Below are positions 57,644 to 64,000 of a stretch of DNA of 64,000 bases, in pieces. Made by a program: the position numbers and the translations under genes. Every line of letters starts with the position of its first letter. The stretch's first letter is position 1. A model generated the notes under the pieces. It saw nothing but the letters and a program-made list of their open reading frames with translations. It did no database searches and was not told the DNA's origin. Origin of the DNA: Rotaria socialis (lineage: Eukaryota); NCBI GenBank assembly GCA_905331295.1, contig CAJNYD010000033.1:124001-188000 (forward strand), read 5' to 3'.

Positions 57644-58356
57644 CAAGATTATTCAAATTGTTTTTTGCACTTAGATTGGATAAAAACAAATTTAACAATC
57701 TCTGATCGACTAATGTATCTAATCAAGATTCAATATGAAAGCTTTGTGAAAATATAAAACTTGTGATATTAGGATTAACAAAAATCGTGTTGATCGTAAA
57801 GCATAGTTCATTAACCACAGTAAATCGACGGTATTGACTGATCAACTGTGGTTTACTTATCATAATATGAGATAAAAGAAAGTGGTTCCCATTCGATATT
57901 GAACTTCGGAAAAACGATTACTTCGTCTTTTCCACTGTAAAACCTCATGCGATTACGTCGGCACGTAAAATCCACTTCAAGCATTACTGAAGCATGAAGG
58001 TCTCTCGTTAACTAACTAGATTTAGTTTAGGGTTTCTTTCTAACTTCGTCTACAAATAGATCCTGTCTATTTCGCTTACAACATATATTCTAGTAACTAA
58101 TATTTATATGGTAATCAACGCTGTCTCTATAATTCTAGAAATAAATTTCTAGTTATCTTCACACGCAAATTTTAGTATGTAATCAATATTTCATATTTAG
58201 TTTTTTCGTACGGCCAAAAAAAAACAAAGTAAATTGATAAAACATAAAAGCAAAATAATAGAAGTATTTATTTTATCGATTGTACATGTAAACATATTAA
58301 AATTTAGCATAGACAAAGAATAGCATCACAAAATAGAGATTCAAAATAGAATCGAA

Positions 58357-61300
58357 TTAAGATTTATTAAGAAGATCAGCACAGTGTGTATTGTTTTTAG
58401 ATTGAGCAATTTCAATTGGCGTTTGATTATCTTTGTTTTTCTGTTTTAAAAGATTCACTCTTAAATTATCCGATAATAACTGAAGAACATTTTTGATGGT
58501 TTCGCAAGCTTTATTTTCGGGTATATTTGCAAGTAGATGTAAAATATTATTATCATTCTCATCAGTATTTTCAGTAAGATCTAAACGTTTCTTAATAATT
58601 ACTTCGATTAAAATCCATTGATTGAGTTTAGCAGCGAGTAATAATGGTGTTTCACCGTCATTATTCTTTCGTTCAAGTAGACCAGGTGATGTAGACGACA
58701 TATCAACTACTTGCTCGATAAGTTTTAATGCTATATCAAAATGACCATTTCGAATAGCATCGTCTAACGGTGGAGGATTTTGATCGTATTTAACAAGTAA
58801 AAGGCGTGTTCGTCGAAACAGTCGCGAAGGATTATTTGTACGAACAAATTCAACAATGGCATCTTGCAATTGGCCAAGATATTTATCGATTTTGGGAATT
58901 TTATCTTTAGCAAACAAAGCTTAGATTATGACAAAACAAAACAAAGAAATAAATATACCATCATTGATATGTCGACGATTTGTTTCAATATACTTCTAAA
59001 ATATGAAATTAGGAAGTATTGGGTAACAAGTAATTACATTCTATGAATTTACCTCTTCAGTTGTTAATAGATTCATTTGTTGAACAAGTAAATCTCCACC
59101 TTCGGGTTCTGTAGGGTCTAATATAAAATATCTTCGTTTATTATTCATCATTTCATATTGACAACGTGAACATGAATTTATTGTTATTTTCACAGCTAAA
59201 ATAATATTAAAAAGCAAGCAACATCAATTCTATTCATTCTTTTTTTTTTGGTTCAAATAATTTACGTGTTAAATAAATAAAATCAACACGTGCAATGATG
59301 ATATCGTTTTGTGTGACAATAATTGGTACTGTAAAATTTCGTTCAGTTGCTAATATTGGACATGGTGGAGTTTGAAAAAAGATTGTTCTTGAATCAACAA
59401 ACGTTGCTTTTATATAATCTAGTTTTCCCATTGAACCATAATCAAAATAAATATGAAATACTAAAATAGAATCATGCATACGTATCATTGACTAGTTAAT
59501 GAATAGATAGAGTTTTATTTACATTTTCGTTTGTCGAGTCGAGGAATCGTCATTAATACATCATCTCCACCATTCCAATCTCCTTTTCTCGGTGTACATT
59601 TAATTGAAGCATCATCATCAATCATATTTGTATCATTAATCGGTGGTTCTTTTATACTAGAAAAATAATAATTTTGAATAAACGCAAAACAAATTCTTAC
59701 TATCTCGTCGACTAGCTTCATCACACATTATTTGAGATGTTACTGATGTAGAAAGTATTGAAATAGGAAAATTATTATGATATAAACGTTCGGCTATAGT
59801 AAATACAAGTTGAGATTTCCACAATTGATATGTTTCGATGATTTGTTTAGCATCATGAGAATTCGTAACACGTTGAATATCATTTTCATCTAAATAATAA
59901 CCTACTATTAAAATATTAAAATATATTGTTTTCTTACTTGAATGAAATAAACGTAACGGTCCATACAATTTTAAATCGTGTTGAACCATTTTTTTTCGAT
60001 TTATAAGAAAACTAAACTAATATATAAATAGAAGAATTTTATTATCTATACGTTCATACCTTTTTTTACCACTTAGCATTTCTTCTCTATTTATTGGAAA
60101 ATAAAGTGAATTATTGTATGCATCTCGTAGGACATTATTTTCTGGTGTATCAATTGCATATGGATGTATACATATGACAGATACTTTGTCCGACGAAATT
60201 GTAACAAGAGTAACTCGAATGTATAAATCTCGATTCCGATCATGCCATTTTCGTGGAATCTTTTCAAAATAAAGTGTAAAAAAAGACAATCAGATCTATT
60301 TTAAATTTAAGTGCATATATTTTCTACAAATAAGATAGCCTAATCAAGTTATTCAGCATATACCGATGTAGGGTAGTCACAACAAAAGGTTTAACTTCAA
60401 TGAATATATTTATCAGTTTTCAGTTGACGAAACGTTTGAGACTTAAACAAGACTATTTTTCTTGCCGGAATTAATTTATGATGATATTCCGATATTTTAC
60501 CATGTAATAACTTCTTCTCGATTTTGTACCTCTCGAGTTGCATGATAGTGCAAAACATTGTCAATGATTGTTTTTGCTTTAGTTCTAGCACACGAAACTC
60601 GAATATTCTCGAGTGGAAAAACAATCTTATCAACTTTCATATGTTGTTGGCAGAGAGGAAATGAATTTCCACAAAATACTTCATTCAGATGTGCTCTTTC
60701 AAAAGGACAGTTTAAAAACTTAGCAAAACCGAAGAACAATTTTTACATATTTACATCGTACGTGATACAATATTCACAAACTTTAATCGAGCAAACCCAA
60801 TCCGCGAAATGGCATCCCCTTAACTTCACTACATCAAATAATACATTGGTTTTCTATCATTTTTTATTATAATGCTTTCATTTTTGCAAATATTCGTTTT
60901 TGTCCTTCTTCAATTATCTATAACGGGTTATATCGACATTGTTACTAGTGCTATTCTCTTCAACGAAACGCGAACAAAACATACTACATTTCAACACGTA
61001 TCAGATGTACATATATTGTTCTATCTGATAAAACTTTGTAGTGCCTTTTCTTTCTTTTCTTGACTATTCAATATATATATATATATATATCTTTGTCTAT
61101 TTGCTGCGAGTAAAAGAAATGGTTCACTTTTTTTTAAATATCTCAATGGAAAAGAAAAACTGGTACTCATCAGAAAAAGTAATAATAGAAACGTCGTACT
61201 TCAATGGTTGGATATTCATGTTTACCAGTATCATCGTCAGCACGAATGAAACGTTGAGCTCGATGTTTAGTTGGATCTGTTTCACTACAATATCTTTCAC

Positions 61301-61784
61301 GATAAAATGCTTTGGGTTGTGCTATAATTTGAAGTTTTTCAGTAGATTTTGTCATTAATGAAAAATCAATCATTTCATTTTTTGCATGAGTTAGTCGAGA
61401 AGGATCATTAAATAAATTTGGTGAATATGGTATTGATTGTGGTGGAGAACCGTTACTACTAGTTTGAGATAGATATAAGCTTGATTTAGTATCAGTGCAA
61501 CCTAAGAAATTGAAATAAATAAAGTTAAAGTGTTGATGAAAATTTTAAAATACGAATACAAACTTAAAGCAGAAAAAATTGGTGAATTAACTTCACCTTT
61601 AACGAGATAAATATAACACAATGTTGTCTTTTCATACAAAAATATATGCAGTTATCTTACTGAGAACTTGATTTGCTGCAACGGGCGATGGCGAAAATAG
61701 ATGTTCGTCGGGATCTAATTGGTTTAAAATCAATATTTAATCATTTTTCTGAATACTCTTACCGTAAGTTATTGTATTTGCCAT
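58357..61784 (-). CDS. NF-kB/Rel-like protein paralog A: Rel-homology domain, IPT/TIG, NLS, ankyrin repeats (p105/Relish-like layout)
   Basis: KLQIIAQPKAFYRERYCSE (RHD DNA loop), YPTIE|IP, IRVTLVT...CIHPY, KLYGPLRLF, SQLVFT, KCTPRKGDWNGGDDVLM (IPT), TIFFQTPP, CSRCQ..NKRR, ankyrins PLDDAIRNGH, GETPLLLAA, NILHLLA, TPIEIA. Confidence 0.85.
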
Positions 61785-62292
61785 TAACTTAGTTAATCAT
61801 TTAATTATTGGTTTCACTGTAGTCTATAATATCACAAAGCAAAGGCAAAAAACTCTCATTTTATATTAATTAGTAGAAACGTATGGTGTTACATAAAATA
61901 ATAATTTAATACTAGCGGGTGAATTAGTTCGTTCTAATATAAATTACGCAGCAGTAAAAATTTACCCATCACAATAGTGAAAAGGAAAAAATGATGAGAA
62001 GAAGCAATTAAGAGCAAGAGATAAAAAGAAAAAAAATGACGTATGAAATATTGATTCTCTCTCACGCACGTAGGTATAGAAATAAACATCAGTTATCATT
62101 ATTACAATCAAAAAACCAACGTAGACATCGCATCAATTTCTGAAATAAATGAAATCAAAAATAGCACCATCGATATCGTTTTTATTTTATTTTAAGCATA
62201 ATAGTATTAAGTTTATTACTAAAAAAAAGTACTATCTAAGTCGTGAAGAAACGTCTTTATTTCTTTTTCTGTCCATAGTATTCCTTGGAAAT

Positions 62293-64000
62293 TTACAAAA
62301 CTTTTCCAGGATTGAGAATATTTAATGGATCAAGTGCTTGTTTAATTGCTTTCATCGTGTTTATTCCTGATGGTCCAAATTCTTCTACTAGTAATTTTTT
62401 CTTTCCTAGTCCAATACCATGTTCACCAGTTACTGTGCCATTTACTCGTAATGCTTCTCTAGAAATAAGATGATAGATAATCGAGAGAACAATTCATATT
62501 ATACAAAAACATACTTAGCTAAAGCAACACTATATTCATGAACAAGGTCCATATCTTTGGGATTTTTCGGATCGACGATAACAAATACATGAAAATTTCC
62601 ATCACCAACATGACCCACAATTGGTCTATTTAAGTAAACTTTAAATTTGCACAAAATAAAAGTATATCATTGAAAAAAATACATACCCTAATAAATTTAA
62701 TCGCTTCAATTCATCTTTAGCAAATGTGACAATACCAGGTAGAGCACTGATTGGAACACAAACATCAGTACTGTAGCCCTATAAATAGAAAGAGATTAGT
62801 GATGGCCCTAATCTGTTATCCATACGATTGTAGAAGTAACTTCAAGAGATAAATATCATTCCGGTATAAAAATAGATTCGAATAGTGGGTGATTCCCACC
62901 AAAATGGTAAATAAAAATCTGCCCCACATTCTATACAGTCCAGGCTGATAAAATAGACTTTGCTCTGAAAGATAAATTTAGCGCTATCGACAAAAAACAT
63001 TCTAAACATACAAATATCATTCTCGAACCTATCTCAAAAGAAAAAAAAAATATTAAACCTAAATTGATCAGCAGAAATAAAATTATCATGTATTGATGCT
63101 CTCATGCAAAAATAAATATGCATACTATGACTTGTATATGCATCGTCTTGCTTTTCATCTATGAATGTAACTTAATAAGATGATTCTTCGATATCGACGT
63201 ACCTTTGAACCTGGCTTGAGAGCTTGAGCGGCATACCATGCACTGTGCCTTGCCTTCCACAATTCGGAACGTTTTTCTGGATCAGTAGCAAAATCAAATT
63301 TGAGACATTCATATGATTTACATGTTTCCTCTACGAGTGTAAAGAATCTATTAGAAAATTCTATTAAAATTTGACAGTTCTGTTCTTACCTGCTATTTGT
63401 CCTTGAGTTTCTATATTACTATTACTACCGTGAAATTCAAGAAATAATGTAGGAGCTACATCAAGGCCCAGTTTTGAAAATCGATTACAAGCATCAACCA
63501 TATTTTCATCGAGAAATTCTATTCGCGCAACAGGCAAACCACTTTGCATTATAGCCACTGTAGCATTCACTGCACCCTGGAAATCTTTAAACGGAGCAAC
63601 AGCAGACAGAACCTAGAGTTGTTAATATGAAGAAAAAACACACCGGGATCTCTTTTCTAGCTAGCATGAAAATGAAATATATACAGCTTCAGGTGTTGCA
63701 TGTAGTTTCAGTGTTGCTTCAGTAATAATACCGAGAGTACCTTCTTGACCAACAAATAAATTAGTGAGATTGTAACCAGCTGACGTTTTTCGACTTCGTC
63801 CTTTGAGTCCAGCTGTTTTTATAATAGTACCGTCAGCTAAAACAACTTCCAAGTTCATTACATTTTCACGCATGGTACCCTAATTGTAGATCGAAATAGA
63901 AATAAGAAAGCAATCTCGTAAGTATTGTCATATATTTACATATCGAACAGCCATTGTTCCTGATGCACTTGTTGCACACATACCACCGAGAGATGCATTT
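62293..64000 (-). CDS. LDHD: FAD-linked D-lactate dehydrogenase, 3' part (5' end outside window)
   Basis: [108 protein letters not shown]. Confidence 0.95.

Noticed and set aside
57264..57705. Three overlapping short ORFs
   Set aside because: They arise from the stop-poor, GC-rich MITE.
60397..61063. Short ORFs inside the large intron of Rel paralog A
   Set aside because: No motifs, and the flanking exons join in frame without them.

Overview
AT-rich eukaryotic (metazoan) genomic DNA with many short (~45-60 nt) GT-AG introns. Gene content, intron size and transposon types suggest a bdelloid rotifer, but this is inference. Genes in order: ICT1/MRPL58 (partial), SLC17 transporter, RBM19, BiP/HSPA5 (the only + strand host gene), a zinc-finger/RG-rich protein, FAN1, novel PKC, a degenerate SDR, an EF-hand protein missed by the ORF track, PDCL3, two tandem NF-kB/Rel-like RHD-IPT-ankyrin paralogs, and D-lactate dehydrogenase (partial). 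A transposon-rich block at 41-53 kb holds a decayed LINE, long inverted repeats and CACTG- and CCCAG-ended non-autonomous elements; two foldback elements lie at 16 kb and 31-33 kb. Most interesting: (1) a ~69-bp periodic array of candidate 22-24-nt micro-exons inside a CACTG-ended element; (2) an NF-kB p105-like paralog pair in which one copy has a rewritten DNA-recognition loop; (3) two operon-like gene junctions (~100 bp), plus splice acceptors just upstream of many start codons, suggesting spliced-leader trans-splicing. All gene models were spliced and translated by eye; no database searches were run.
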